A DNA stretch of 55,412 nucleotides, from the NCBI GenBank assembly GCA_050250895.1, contig JBFWNU010000006.1, positions 1 to 55,412 on the forward strand, given 5' to 3'. A program made the translations under genes and the position numbers. Below, piece by piece: positions 1 through 9,523 of this stretch (position 1 is its first letter; each line of letters opens with the position of its first letter). Under the pieces are notes generated by a model, which worked only from the letters and a program-made list of their open reading frames with translations, did no database searches and was not told the origin of the DNA. This stretch comes from Vulcanimicrobiota bacterium (GTDB lineage: Bacteria > Vulcanimicrobiota > Xenobia > Xenobiales > JADMJV01).

Positions 1-467
1 TTCCCCCATCCCTTCTCGGGCGCCAATGTCGTCCCCACCGACAACTCCGACTGGGCCGCTCCTTATCCCGAACTGAGCTGTCGCTCTGTTCGGGATAAGG
101 AGCGGCCCTGCGGGCCGAGAGGGAGCTCTCGCCGCGCTCGCGAGAAGGGAGCGAACTGAGCTGTCGCTCAGTTCGGGATAAGGAGCGGCCCTGCGGGCCG
201 AGAGGGGAGCTCTCGCTGCGCTCGAGGGAAGGGAGCGAACTGAGCTGTCGCTCAGTTCGGGATAAGGAGCGGCCCTGCGGGCCGAGAGGGGAGCTCTCGC
301 TGCGCTCGCGAGAAGGGAGCGAACTGAGCTGTCGCTCAGTTCGGGAAGGCTCCTAGCGGCGTCAGCCGCTCTTCTTGTCGGCCGCAAGGCCGAAATCTCC
401 GCGCGCAGCGAACGGCTCCTTCTCCCGCCGACGCAGTCGGCGCTCCCCGCCGGCCGCAAGGCCGAAG
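1..467. repeat. Hairpin-chain repeat region containing ~3.3 tandem copies of an 83-84 bp unit
   Basis: Unit CGAACTGAGC-TGTC-GCTCAGTTCG...CGGCCC-TGC-GGGCCG...GAGAAGGGAG starts at 69, 152, 236 and 320. Further mini-palindromes follow (AGCGGC-GTCA-GCCGCT; CGGCC-GCAA-GGCCG twice) up to the stop codon of the next gene. Confidence 0.9.
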
Positions 468-851
468 TTAGTTCAGTCGAATCGGGGTGGCTCGCAAGCC
501 GTCAAAGAGGATGCCGCCCGAGAGATTCCAGTTCTGGTCGACCAGCAGGCTGGCGCGATAGCCGATCGAGCACAGGCCGTCGGGTTTGCCTTCGAAGACC
601 ACACACACGGTGTCGTGGTCGACCGGGCGCACTTCGCGAAAGGTGAGCGACTCGTCGCAGCGCAACTCGCGCCGCAGGCGCTTGAGTTGGCGGCGGATTT
701 CTTCGGATTGCTCGAAGGGAAGGCTGGCCGGGTCGTGGCGATACAGGCACAGAAGGCGGAGAAGCTCGTTGCGTTGGGGTACCTGGGGTTGCCAATGGAC
801 GGGGTGAATCGGCTCGCTTTGTGGCTTTGGCCTGTCGCCGTCTCGTGGCAT
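468..851 (-). CDS. Hypothetical protein (127 aa)
   Basis: ATG preceded by GAGGAAGGGGAG (RBS-like) and a sigma70-like promoter; protein-like composition; no family recognised. Confidence 0.7.
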   Translation of the reverse strand: MPRDGDRPKPQSEPIHPVHWQPQVPQRNELLRLLCLYRHDPASLPFEQSEEIRRQLKRLRRELRCDESLTFREVRPVDHDTVCVVFEGKPDGLCSIGYRASLLVDQNWNLSGGILFDGLRATPIRLN

Positions 852-883
852 ATGCTCCCCTTCCTCGAATCGTCCCTGTTTCG

Positions 884-912
884 ATTATAAGGGGGCGCCC
901 TGTTGCCCGCAA
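884..912 (-). promoter_or_regulatory. Sigma70-type promoter for 468..851
   Basis: On the minus strand TTGCGG-N17-TATAAT. Confidence 0.6.
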
Positions 913-921
913 GGTTGACTT

Positions 922-1230
922 TTAGAGCTTTTTGTAGATCAATCCCAGACTTTCGGGGGGGCGCACTGCTCCTTGTTCCCAACTGGCTAGAAGATGGGGA
1001 GTTACGCCCAGCCGGTCAGCCATGGCGGCAAGCTCGACGCCGCGCGTCTCGCGAGTTTGGGTCAGCCACCCTGGCTCGACCGCCAATCCCTGTCTGGGCT
1101 CGCGTCCGGGGAGGGATTCGGCCAGCAGACGATCACCCACGCGGCGCAACGACTCGGGATCGTTCTGTTGCCAGAATTCGGTGAGCCGCTCAACCGACAT
1201 GAGCAGCAGGTCGGGACACTCTTTTGCCAT
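922..1230 (-). CDS. XRE-type helix-turn-helix protein
   Basis: C-terminal LTQTRETRGVELAAMADRLGVTPHLLASWEQGAVRP matches the XRE HTH pattern; AAGGA upstream. Confidence 0.7.
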   Translation of the reverse strand: MAKECPDLLLMSVERLTEFWQQNDPESLRRVGDRLLAESLPGREPRQGLAVEPGWLTQTRETRGVELAAMADRLGVTPHLLASWEQGAVRPPESLGLIYKKL

Positions 1231-1257
1231 GTTCTATTCCTTGTTCGCTTTAGGAGG

Positions 1258-1266
1258 TGCTATAAT
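1258..1266 (+). promoter_or_regulatory. Extended -10 promoter (TGnTATAAT) of the maf operon
   Basis: TGCTATAAT lies 8 nt before the maf ATG. Confidence 0.6.
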
Positions 1267-1274
1267 CCGGCCCG

Positions 1275-1883
1275 ATGTCTTCGAGCCAAAAGCCCTTCGT
1301 GCTAGCTTCGGCCTCTCCTCGTCGACGCCAGTTGCTGGAAGGTCTGGGTCTGGCTTTTCAGGTGGTCCATCCCGACGAGGCGGTCGAGGCCGGGCTGGCT
1401 GTAGATGGACTGGCTGCCAGCCTGGTGCCACTAGCCCTGGCCCGGGCCAAGACCCTGAGTGTGGCCTCCGAACTGCCCGGCCAGCTGGTGGTCGGCGCCG
1501 ATACGGTCGTGGTCGAGGGCGACACCATTCTGGGCAAGCCCGTCGACGACCGCGAGGCAACCGCGATGATAGCACGCCTGGCGGGCAGACAGCATCAAGT
1601 TATCACGGCCGTGGCCGCCTGTCTTGACGAACGGGTCGAGGCCCGGGTCGAAACCACCCAGGTCTTCTTTCGCCCCCTCGCGTCGGCCGAGATAGCCCAC
1701 TATGTCCGCAGTGGTGAAGGCCGCGACAAGGCCGGCGCCTATGGCATCCAGGGTCTGGGTTCGCTGTTGGTGGACCGCATCGAGGGATGCTATTTCAACG
1801 TGGTGGGCCTGCCCCTGGTAGCGCTGATGAACCTGCTGCGAGAGTTTGACCTCGACCTGTTGGAGGCGGCTTGCTCAGTCTGA
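1275..1883 (+). CDS. maf: Maf family nucleotide pyrophosphatase
   Basis: LASASPRRRQLL, GADTVV, ILGKP, DKAGAYGIQG, NVVGLP motifs. Confidence 0.97.
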   Translation: MSSSQKPFVLASASPRRRQLLEGLGLAFQVVHPDEAVEAGLAVDGLAASLVPLALARAKTLSVASELPGQLVVGADTVVVEGDTILGKPVDDREATAMIARLAGRQHQVITAVAACLDERVEARVETTQVFFRPLASAEIAHYVRSGEGRDKAGAYGIQGLGSLLVDRIEGCYFNVVGLPLVALMNLLREFDLDLLEAACSV

Positions 1884-2908
1884 GCGCCGTCAGCCGTGCC
1901 TGGTCCCCGGTCAGCTTCGACCTGGGCCTGGATTTGGGCAGCGCCAACCTGGCCGTTACGGCCGGCGGTCAGAGCCTGGTCTTTCCTGCATGCCTGGCTC
2001 TCGACGTTCGCCGGGGCGAGGTGGTGGCCTGGGGCGAGGGGGCTCGGCGACTGGAGGGCCGGGTCCCACCCTATCTCGAGGTGGTTTATCCCATTGTCTC
2101 GGGGGCTCCGGCCGACTTTGACCTTTGTGAAGAGCTGTTGAGTCGTCTTCTCTCTCAGCTGAGGCTAACGCGTCCCAGGCTGCTGGTAGGCGTCGGTTGG
2201 GACCTGACCGAGGTCGAGTGCAAGGCTCTCGAGCAACTGGCCCGCCAGGCCGGGGCTCGCTCGGTGCAGTTGGTCCCGTCTGCGCTGGTGGCGGCCTATG
2301 GAGGCAACCTGCCCATTCTCGAGGCGGGGGCCTCGATGCTGGTCGAGCTGGGGGCCGGACGTTGCCAGGCAACCGTTTGTTGCATGGGCTCGGTATTGGT
2401 GCGCAAGACCCTTCGCTACGGCGGACACCATCTCGATCGTCGTCTGGCCGACCACTTTCGCCGGGTGCACGGCCTGCTGGTGGGACCCCGTAGCGCCGAG
2501 GAGGTTAAAATCCTGGCGGCCAGCGCTTCGCCGGAACTCCGAGGGCGCAGTTACCTGGTCCGGGGCCAGGATTTAGAGAGCGGCCTTCCCCGCGGGATGG
2601 AGGTCTTCTCGGAAGACCTGGTCGCCGTGCTCAAGCCTTTTCTGGGCCAGCTCGAAGAGCTGATTCAGCGGACCCTGGAGGCAACTCCCGACGAGCTGGC
2701 CGCGCAACTTTCAGAACGGGGACTGGCGCTGACCGGAGGAGCCAGTTTGTTGGACGGGCTGGAACAGTACCTGGCCCGTCGCCTGGGCATGCCGTTCCGG
2801 TTGTTGGAGCGGCCGTCGCGCAGCTTCTGCGACGGCCTCGAGAAGCTGGCCACCGACCCCGCGGCCTTCGAGACCATCGCCGGCCAGCCGCTGGTCAGGG
2901 CCGGATGA
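1871..2908 (+). CDS. mreB: MreB/Mbl-like rod-shape actin homologue (divergent)
   Basis: LGLDLGSAN, AEEVKI, VRGQDLESGLP, LALTGGASLL; directly upstream of mreC. Start uncertain. Confidence 0.85.
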   Translation: MLSLSAVSRAWSPVSFDLGLDLGSANLAVTAGGQSLVFPACLALDVRRGEVVAWGEGARRLEGRVPPYLEVVYPIVSGAPADFDLCEELLSRLLSQLRLTRPRLLVGVGWDLTEVECKALEQLARQAGARSVQLVPSALVAAYGGNLPILEAGASMLVELGAGRCQATVCCMGSVLVRKTLRYGGHHLDRRLADHFRRVHGLLVGPRSAEEVKILAASASPELRGRSYLVRGQDLESGLPRGMEVFSEDLVAVLKPFLGQLEELIQRTLEATPDELAAQLSERGLALTGGASLLDGLEQYLARRLGMPFRLLERPSRSFCDGLEKLATDPAAFETIAGQPLVRAG

Positions 2909-3654
2909 ATCGGCGTAATCTCGGGCTGTTGCTCGCTACCGGGTTGGGTCTGTTGTTGGCTCAGTGGTATTTCGGGTGGCGCGGGGCGGGCCTCGAGTTG
3001 CGGCTGGCCCCGGTGGGTGCGCCGGTGTCCTCGGGGCTCTCGCGGGCCGACGGTTGGATGCGCGATCTCGGGCGCTTTCCTCAGCTAGCCGAAGAGAACC
3101 GTCAGTTGCGGCAGGAACTTGGTCGGCTGCGAGCCGAGAATGCTAGTTTGCTCAGCCAGCGCGAAGAGAACGAGCGCTTGCGGGCCCTGGCTGGATTGAA
3201 GACTCCCCACTTCTCGGGGCGAGTGGTGGCGCGAATCTGCGCTCGTCAGCCCGCGTCATGGCAGCGCGAAGTGATGATAGACAAGGGTCTGGCTGACGGC
3301 GTCCAGGTGGGCTGGGTGGCCCTCACCGAGGCTGGCCTGGTGGGTAGCGTGATCGAAGTCGAGCCGGGGGCTGCCCGCCTGCGGCTGGTTACCGCTAGCG
3401 AGCACGCCGTTCCCGTCAAGCTGGCCGCTCAGGGTCAGACCGGGGTGCTCTACGGTGAAGGACACTACTGTCGACTGCGCTTTGTCAATCTCGAGCAGAT
3501 CGAGCCGGGACAGGCGGTGGTCACCTCAGGACAGGGGCGTTTCTTCCCCGGGGGCGTGCTGGTGGGTCGCCTCGACCAGGCCGGGCAGGTGATACCGGCG
3601 GTGGACTTTACGCGGCTGCTCGAAGTCGTCCTGATCGGAGAAAAGGGCTCGTGA
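2905..3654 (+). CDS. mreC: Rod shape-determining protein MreC
   Basis: N-terminal TM segment, coiled coil (ENRQLR..ENERLRAL), IDKG..DGV, VVTSG.G..FP.G..VG. Confidence 0.92.
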   Translation: MNRRNLGLLLATGLGLLLAQWYFGWRGAGLELRLAPVGAPVSSGLSRADGWMRDLGRFPQLAEENRQLRQELGRLRAENASLLSQREENERLRALAGLKTPHFSGRVVARICARQPASWQREVMIDKGLADGVQVGWVALTEAGLVGSVIEVEPGAARLRLVTASEHAVPVKLAAQGQTGVLYGEGHYCRLRFVNLEQIEPGQAVVTSGQGRFFPGGVLVGRLDQAGQVIPAVDFTRLLEVVLIGEKGS

Positions 3655-4067
3655 CCATCCGTCTGCTCGCTTTGTGGGGCCTGGTGGTGTTGGTTCAGGC
3701 CCTGGAGATGTGGCTGCCGGGACTCTGGCTTCGCCCCGACGCCATTGTCCTGGCCTGCCTCGTCCTGGCCCGCTGGGGCAAGCCCGAACAGGCCTGCCTG
3801 TTGGGGGCGATGGCGGCTCTGTGGGGCGCCCTCTGGTGGTCGGACTGGAGCGCCCTCTCGGTGGTGGTTTACGGCCTGGTGGGGCCCTTTCTGGCCGGCG
3901 GGGCCGGAGCAGCGGCGGGGGCGGCGGCCCTGGCCGGGCTGCTCTTGCACGGGCCAGGATCGGGCTGGCTGGGCACGGCGGTGTGCACCGGTCTGCTGGC
4001 GCCCCTGGTGGGGATGCTGGCAGAGGATTTTCGTCCTGGCCTGACCGTCGAGCGCCTCCATGTCTGA
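3651..4067 (+). CDS. mreD: MreD-like membrane protein (divergent)
   Basis: Hydrophobic 138 aa with LRPDAIVLA; lies between mreC and mrdA with overlapping ends. Confidence 0.6.
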   Translation: MTIRLLALWGLVVLVQALEMWLPGLWLRPDAIVLACLVLARWGKPEQACLLGAMAALWGALWWSDWSALSVVVYGLVGPFLAGGAGAAAGAAALAGLLLHGPGSGWLGTAVCTGLLAPLVGMLAEDFRPGLTVERLHV

Positions 4068-5763
4068 GCCCTGGCATCGGCTGCAACTGCTAGTTGCTCT
4101 TGGCTTTGCTCTGCTGTTGACCCGACTCGGCTGGCTGCAGCTTAAGGCCGGTCAGGACTTTGCTCGCCAGGCCCGTCAGAACGCCACTCGCCGTCTCACT
4201 CTGGCGGCCCCCCGCGGGGCCATCACCGACCGTCTGGGCCGAGTGCTGGTGAGCAACGCGCCGGGCTATTCGGTCTCGCTGGTGGCGGGCCGTAGCACTC
4301 GCCATCAGGCCTTGCTGGCAGCCGTGGCCGATTGTCTCGGGCTCTCGCCCGAGCGGGTCGAGCAGCTGAATCATAGCCTGGCCACCGACCCGAGCCAGGA
4401 GGTGGCCGTGCTCTCGTCGCTCGATCGCAGCCAGTTAGCGCGGTTGGCCGAGCTGAGCAATCTCTTCCCCGAGATTCGCCTGGAAGAGGTGCCCGGCCGC
4501 CACTACCCTTACGGCTCTCTGGCCTGCCACACGCTGGGCCACCTGGGCCAGGGAGAAGCCGGTTGGGAGGGTAGGGAAGGGCTCGAGTTCTCTCAACAGC
4601 GTCGGCTGGAGGGTCAGCCCGGCGAGCGGGTAGTTCAGGTCGACTCGCGGGGCCAGGTCTTGCGCGTGCTGTCGGAGCGTGCGCCCCGACCAGGCCAGGC
4701 GCTACGGCTGACCCTCGACCTGGAGCTGCAGCAGGTGGCCGAGCAGGCCCTGGCCGCGCAGCTAGAGAGCCGCAGCCGGGCGCTCAAGCAGTGGGTGGCC
4801 GGGGCGGCCGTGGCTATCGAGCCCGATACCGGCAAAGTAAGGGCGATGGTCAGCCTGCCCGGCTACCAGCCCGAGTGGTTTCTGGGCTCGGCTCCACCTG
4901 GCACCTTCGAACGCCTGTTCAAAGACCCTCGCGGGCCGCTGGTTCACCGGGCCGTGGGGGCCGCCTATCCGCCCGCCTCGACCTTCAAGCTGGTCACCAC
5001 CATGGCCGCCCTCGAAGCGGGTCGGTTGCCCACGGGACGAGTTTTTCACTGCGGCGGCGCGCTGGTGGTGGGAGGAATGCCATTTCACTGTTTCGTGCGC
5101 AGTGGCCATGGCAGCTTGCAGCTCGAGTCGGCCCTGGCTCAATCCTGCGATGTGGTCTTTTATCAGCTCGGTCGCGAATTGGGGGCAGGTCCCCTGGTGA
5201 CATGGTCGAGGCGTCTGGGGCTGGGGCGCCCCACGGGCATTTGTCTGCCCGGCGAGGTCGCGGGTAACGTGCCGACTCCCGAGTGGAAAGAAAAAGAGAT
5301 GGGCGTCCCGTGGTTTCCTGGGGATGACGCCAACTTTTCGATCGGCCAGGGTTTTCTCACCGTCACTCCGCTACAGATGGCCGTGCTGGTCAGCAGTCTG
5401 GTCAACGGGGGCAGACGGATTCGCCCTCGCCTGCTCGAGGATGAGGCTTTCGAGTTCGAGTCCCTGGAGCTGCCTGCCCACCCCCGCCTGTTGGCCGGGC
5501 TGCGCAAGACGGCCGTCGAAGGGACGGCCCGCGGGGTGGCTGACGACCTCGATTTTAGTGGAAAAACCGGAACAGTAGAAAATTTTTCTAGTTTTTTAAA
5601 CCCCTTCGGAGCCAACCATGTGTGGTTCGTCGGTTATGCTCCGTCATCGCAGCCAAAGCTTGTGGTTGTCGTGTTTATTGAGCGTTCCGGCGGCTACGGA
5701 GGGAGCCTGGCGGCGCCGGTAGCGGCCACCATTTTGAGGGCTTGGAGGCCCGACCGAAAGTAA
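4060..5763 (+). CDS. mrdA: Penicillin-binding protein 2 (class B transpeptidase)
   Basis: APRGAITDR, PASTFK (SxxK), QSCD, GKTGT, HVWFVGYAP. Confidence 0.95.
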   Translation: MSEPWHRLQLLVALGFALLLTRLGWLQLKAGQDFARQARQNATRRLTLAAPRGAITDRLGRVLVSNAPGYSVSLVAGRSTRHQALLAAVADCLGLSPERVEQLNHSLATDPSQEVAVLSSLDRSQLARLAELSNLFPEIRLEEVPGRHYPYGSLACHTLGHLGQGEAGWEGREGLEFSQQRRLEGQPGERVVQVDSRGQVLRVLSERAPRPGQALRLTLDLELQQVAEQALAAQLESRSRALKQWVAGAAVAIEPDTGKVRAMVSLPGYQPEWFLGSAPPGTFERLFKDPRGPLVHRAVGAAYPPASTFKLVTTMAALEAGRLPTGRVFHCGGALVVGGMPFHCFVRSGHGSLQLESALAQSCDVVFYQLGRELGAGPLVTWSRRLGLGRPTGICLPGEVAGNVPTPEWKEKEMGVPWFPGDDANFSIGQGFLTVTPLQMAVLVSSLVNGGRRIRPRLLEDEAFEFESLELPAHPRLLAGLRKTAVEGTARGVADDLDFSGKTGTVENFSSFLNPFGANHVWFVGYAPSSQPKLVVVVFIERSGGYGGSLAAPVAATILRAWRPDRK

Positions 5764-5850
5764 GTTCTGCAGGAAAGAACTCGGGGGGATGAATAATCTT
5801 CCTTAATCCGGGGCGACCGGTGTCATCCGATGAAATAGAGAGATTTTGCA

Positions 5851-7131
5851 ATGGACAACTTTAGCAATCAGAGTTTCGAAGACGCTAGCGTCGAGCCTTC
5901 CATCGAGCCGAGCCTCGAGCCGATGCCGGCAGCTCCGCCGCCGGTCGCAGCGGCCCCCCCTATCGCCCGGCCGGTCCCGGTGGCCAAAGCTCCGGCCAAA
6001 CCCCCCATTCCGCCGGCTCCGGCCAAGCCCAAGCCGAAGGTCGAACCCCGCAACCAACTCGAGCATTTCGCTGGCATCAAGGTTATCGGCGTCGGTGGGG
6101 CGGGCTGTAACGCCGTCAGCCGCATGATTCAAGAAGGGCTCGGCGGGGTCGAGTTCATCGCCATCAATACCGACGCTCAGGCCCTCTTCCTCTGTGACGC
6201 TGACCAGCGCATTCATATCGGCTCGCAGGTGACTCGCGGTCTCGGGGCGGGCTCGGCCCCCGAAGTGGGTCGTCGGGCTGTCGAAGAGAATTCTGAAGAG
6301 GTCGTCAAAGCCATCGAAGGGGCCGACATGGTCTTCATTACGGCCGGAATGGGCGGCGGCACCGGCACCGGAGCCAGCCCCGTGGTGGCCGAGCTGGCGC
6401 GGGCGGCCGGCGCTTTGACGGTGGCCGTGGTTACCAAGCCGTTCAGCTTTGAGGGTCGTCGCCGCATGCAGCTGGCCGAAGAAGGCATCGAGCAGCTCAA
6501 ATCCAAGGTCGACACCATCATCACCATCCCCAACGATCGCCTGCTCAAGATCGTCAGCGAGAAGGAATGCATCTCGGATGCCTTCCGGCTGGCCGACGAC
6601 GTGCTGCGCAACGGTGTGCAGGGCATCTCAGAGATTATCACCGTGCCCGGTCGTATCAACGTCGACTTCGCCGACGTGCAGACCATTATGGCCGATGCCG
6701 GCTCGGCGCTGCTGGGCATCGGGATCGCCTCGGGCGAGAACCGGGCGGTCGAGGCTGCTCGCGCGGCCATCTCCAGCCCGTTGCTAGAGGCGTCCATCGA
6801 CGGAGCCACCGGCGTGCTGTTCAACATCACCGGCGGCCGCGACATGACCTTGCTCGAACTGCACGAAGCCGCTCGCATCATCTCCGAGGCGGTCGACCCT
6901 GAAGCGCAGATTATCTTCGGCTCGGTCCAAGACGAGCGGATGGAGGGCGAGATTCGCATCACCGTGGTGGCTACCGGTTTCTCGAACGCTCCGCCCACCC
7001 CGCTCGAGTCCGACGAGGGCGGCTTCCACCTGGGGGCTCTCAAAGAAGAGATCACTTTCGGCAGCGCCCTCAAAGAGATGGAGCTCGAGCCGGCGATTTT
7101 CCGCCGCACCAAGAGTTCTCAAGAAGTGTGA
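5851..7131 (+). CDS. ftsZ: Cell division protein FtsZ with a Pro-rich N-terminal extension
   Basis: [31 protein letters not shown]. Confidence 0.98.
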   Translation: MDNFSNQSFEDASVEPSIEPSLEPMPAAPPPVAAAPPIARPVPVAKAPAKPPIPPAPAKPKPKVEPRNQLEHFAGIKVIGVGGAGCNAVSRMIQEGLGGVEFIAINTDAQALFLCDADQRIHIGSQVTRGLGAGSAPEVGRRAVEENSEEVVKAIEGADMVFITAGMGGGTGTGASPVVAELARAAGALTVAVVTKPFSFEGRRRMQLAEEGIEQLKSKVDTIITIPNDRLLKIVSEKECISDAFRLADDVLRNGVQGISEIITVPGRINVDFADVQTIMADAGSALLGIGIASGENRAVEAARAAISSPLLEASIDGATGVLFNITGGRDMTLLELHEAARIISEAVDPEAQIIFGSVQDERMEGEIRITVVATGFSNAPPTPLESDEGGFHLGALKEEITFGSALKEMELEPAIFRRTKSSQEV

Positions 7132-7155
7132 TAGTTGCAACCCCGTGAGGGTGCG

Positions 7156-7187
7156 AAAGGGCGCGGGCTTCGGCCTCGTGCTCTTTT
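7156..7187 (+). terminator. Probable intrinsic terminator after ftsZ
   Basis: AAAGGGCGCGGGC-TTCG-GCCTCGTGCTCTTTT: imperfect hairpin with a UUCG loop and a short U tract. Confidence 0.55.
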
Positions 7188-7208
7188 GCTGTCTGGAGGA
7201 TAAAGAGA

Positions 7209-8939
7209 TTGATCACCTCGGATAATCAGAAGGCTGCCCGGCTCTTTCAGGAGATCGCCGATTTTCTCGAGCTCAAGGGCGAGAATCAGTTTAAAGTCAA
7301 GGCCTACCAGAAGGCGGCGCGGGCCCTTTCGGGCATCGAGCGGCCGCTGCGCGACCTTTACGACTCGGGCGAACTCAAGTCGGTGCCCGGCATTGGCAAG
7401 GCGATCGCTGAAAAGATCGAAGAGCTACTCCAGGCTGGGCAGATCTCCATGCATCGGCAACTGTCCGAAGAGTTTCCTCCCCAGATTCTCGATCTGATGG
7501 ATGTGCCGGGACTGGGGGCCAAAAAGGCGGCCGTCCTTTATCGCGAGCTGCGTATCGGCAGTCTGCCCGAACTCGAGGAAGCCCTCGCCGCAGGCAAGTT
7601 GCGTGATCTCAAAGGTTTTGGCAAGAAGACCGAAGAGAAGTTGCTGGAAGGTATCAAGCGGCTGGCTCAGGTCGAGCATCGGTTACCCCTGGGACAGGCC
7701 GTGCGGGTGGCCCGCGAGTTCGTGGCTGAACTGTCCAAGCTCGCCGGGGTCGAGACGGTGGTCCCGGCCGGGTCGCTCCGGCGAGGGGCCGAGACGGTGG
7801 GCGATCTCGATCTGGTCTGCGTGGCCTCGAATTCCGCCGAGGTGATGGCTGCCTTCTGCTCGGCGGTCGACAGTCAAGACGTGCTGATGAAGGGCGAGAC
7901 CCGTTCTTCGATTCGTTTGAGCAACGGCTTTCAAGTCGATCTCAGGGTGGTTCCGGCCGACTCTCTGGGGGCGGCCATGCAGTATTTCACGGGTTCCAAA
8001 GATCACAACGTAGCCCTGCGGGCCCGGGCCGAGCAGCGCGGCTTGAAGCTCAACGAATATGGACTTTACGACCAAGACGGTCAGGTCGTGGCCGGGCGCA
8101 GCGAAGAGTCGATCTATGCCTATCTCGGACTCGACTTCGTGCCGCCCGAGTTGCGTGAGACCGGGGCCGAGGTGGCTCTGGCCGCCGAAGGCAGGCTGCC
8201 TGCGTTGCTGGAAATCGAGCAGGTGCGAGGCAACCTGCACACCCACTCCGAGTGGTCCGACGGCTCGGACACCCTGGAAGAATTGGCCGCTAAAGCTCGA
8301 CAGATGGGCTATGCCTATCTGGCCGTCACCGACCACTCGCGGGCTCTGGTCATTGCCAACGGCCTCACCATCGAGCGCCTGGCCGAGCAGGGCCGCCGCA
8401 TCGACGAACTCAATGCCGACTTCGACGACTTTCGGTTGCTCAAAGGGACCGAATGCGACATCTTGCCCGACGGCACTCTCGACTTTCCCGACGAGGTGTT
8501 GGCTTCACTCGACCTGGTGGTGGCCGCCGTGCACTCGTCTTTCCATCTCGACAAGGTCGCCATGACCCAGCGCATCCTCAAGGCTATCGAGAATCCCCAT
8601 GTCGACATCCTGGCTCACCCGAGTGGGCGGATCCTGGGTCGTCGTCCCGGTTACGAAGTCGACTGGGAAGAGGTCTTCAAAGCGGCTGCCCGCACCCAGA
8701 CCGCCCTCGAGATCAATTGCTCTCCCAAGCGATTGGACCTCTCCGACAAGATGGTACGCCGGGCCCGCGAACTGGGGGTCGTCTTCAGCCTGGGGACCGA
8801 CGCCCACTCGCTGCGCGAGTTTGACTATCTGCCTCTGGGTGTGGGCGTAGCTCGCCGCGGTTGGCTGGGCCCCGAGCAGGTCCTCAATTCCCGCGATGGG
8901 GAGCGGCTGTCGTTGTGGCTCAAGAGCCGGACTGCCTGA
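7209..8939 (+). CDS. polX: DNA polymerase X / PHP domain protein
   Basis: PGIGK HhH, GSLRRG..VGDLD, QVDLRVV, YFTGSK.HN, PHP motifs LHTHS, TDHS, GTDAH; TTG start after GGAGG. Confidence 0.96.
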   Translation: MITSDNQKAARLFQEIADFLELKGENQFKVKAYQKAARALSGIERPLRDLYDSGELKSVPGIGKAIAEKIEELLQAGQISMHRQLSEEFPPQILDLMDVPGLGAKKAAVLYRELRIGSLPELEEALAAGKLRDLKGFGKKTEEKLLEGIKRLAQVEHRLPLGQAVRVAREFVAELSKLAGVETVVPAGSLRRGAETVGDLDLVCVASNSAEVMAAFCSAVDSQDVLMKGETRSSIRLSNGFQVDLRVVPADSLGAAMQYFTGSKDHNVALRARAEQRGLKLNEYGLYDQDGQVVAGRSEESIYAYLGLDFVPPELRETGAEVALAAEGRLPALLEIEQVRGNLHTHSEWSDGSDTLEELAAKARQMGYAYLAVTDHSRALVIANGLTIERLAEQGRRIDELNADFDDFRLLKGTECDILPDGTLDFPDEVLASLDLVVAAVHSSFHLDKVAMTQRILKAIENPHVDILAHPSGRILGRRPGYEVDWEEVFKAAARTQTALEINCSPKRLDLSDKMVRRARELGVVFSLGTDAHSLREFDYLPLGVGVARRGWLGPEQVLNSRDGERLSLWLKSRTA

Positions 8940-9523
8940 GCTTTTCACCGGATTTCTTCGGGCGAGACACCGAACTGGTGGCGCGCGAACTGATTGGGTG
9001 CCACCTCTACCACGGCCCGACCCGGGGGGTCATTGTCGAGGTCGAAGCCTATCGAGGCCACGACGACCCGGCTTCTCACGCCTTTCGCGGGCCAACCCCC
9101 CGCAGTCAGATCATGTTCGGCGCGCCGGCTCGAGCGTACGTCTACCTGAGCTATGGAGTCCATCGCTGTCTTAACGTGGTGGCCCACCGACCGGGCCAGG
9201 CCGGGGCGGTTTTGGTGCGCGCGCTCGAGCCGATAGAAGGGATAGAAGAAATGCGTCGGCGGCGGAGCCGCCGGGACCAATTGACCAACGGACCGGGGAG
9301 GCTCTGCCAGGCCATGGGCATCGAACTAGCACACGATGGTGAGGACCTGCTCGAGCCTGGGGGACTGATGCTGCGACCCGCTTCATCACCTGTGGGCCGG
9401 GTGGTGTGCGGGCCTCGAGTCGGGATCTCGGTGGCCACTGAGCGGGAATATCGTTTCTGGCTCGAAGGCAATCCTCACGTGAGCAAGTGGCGAGCAGCCG
9501 GAAAAAGGAGGGCTAAAGGTTGA
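8915..9523 (+). CDS. mpg: DNA-3-methyladenine glycosylase (MPG/AAG family)
   Basis: IVEVEAY, D.ASH, AYVYLSYG.H.CLNVV, AVLVRALEP, NGPGRLC, PRVGI. Start set at in-frame GTG 8915 (uncertain). Confidence 0.93.
   Translation: MAQEPDCLSFSPDFFGRDTELVARELIGCHLYHGPTRGVIVEVEAYRGHDDPASHAFRGPTPRSQIMFGAPARAYVYLSYGVHRCLNVVAHRPGQAGAVLVRALEPIEGIEEMRRRRSRRDQLTNGPGRLCQAMGIELAHDGEDLLEPGGLMLRPASSPVGRVVCGPRVGISVATEREYRFWLEGNPHVSKWRAAGKRRAKG

Noticed and set aside
69-345. CRISPR array (24-bp palindrome every 84 bp)
   Set aside because: The intervening sequences are also near-identical, so this is a tandem repeat.
7209-8939. Catalytically inactive PolX variant
   Set aside because: The DxD (GDLD) and third Asp (QVDLR) are intact.
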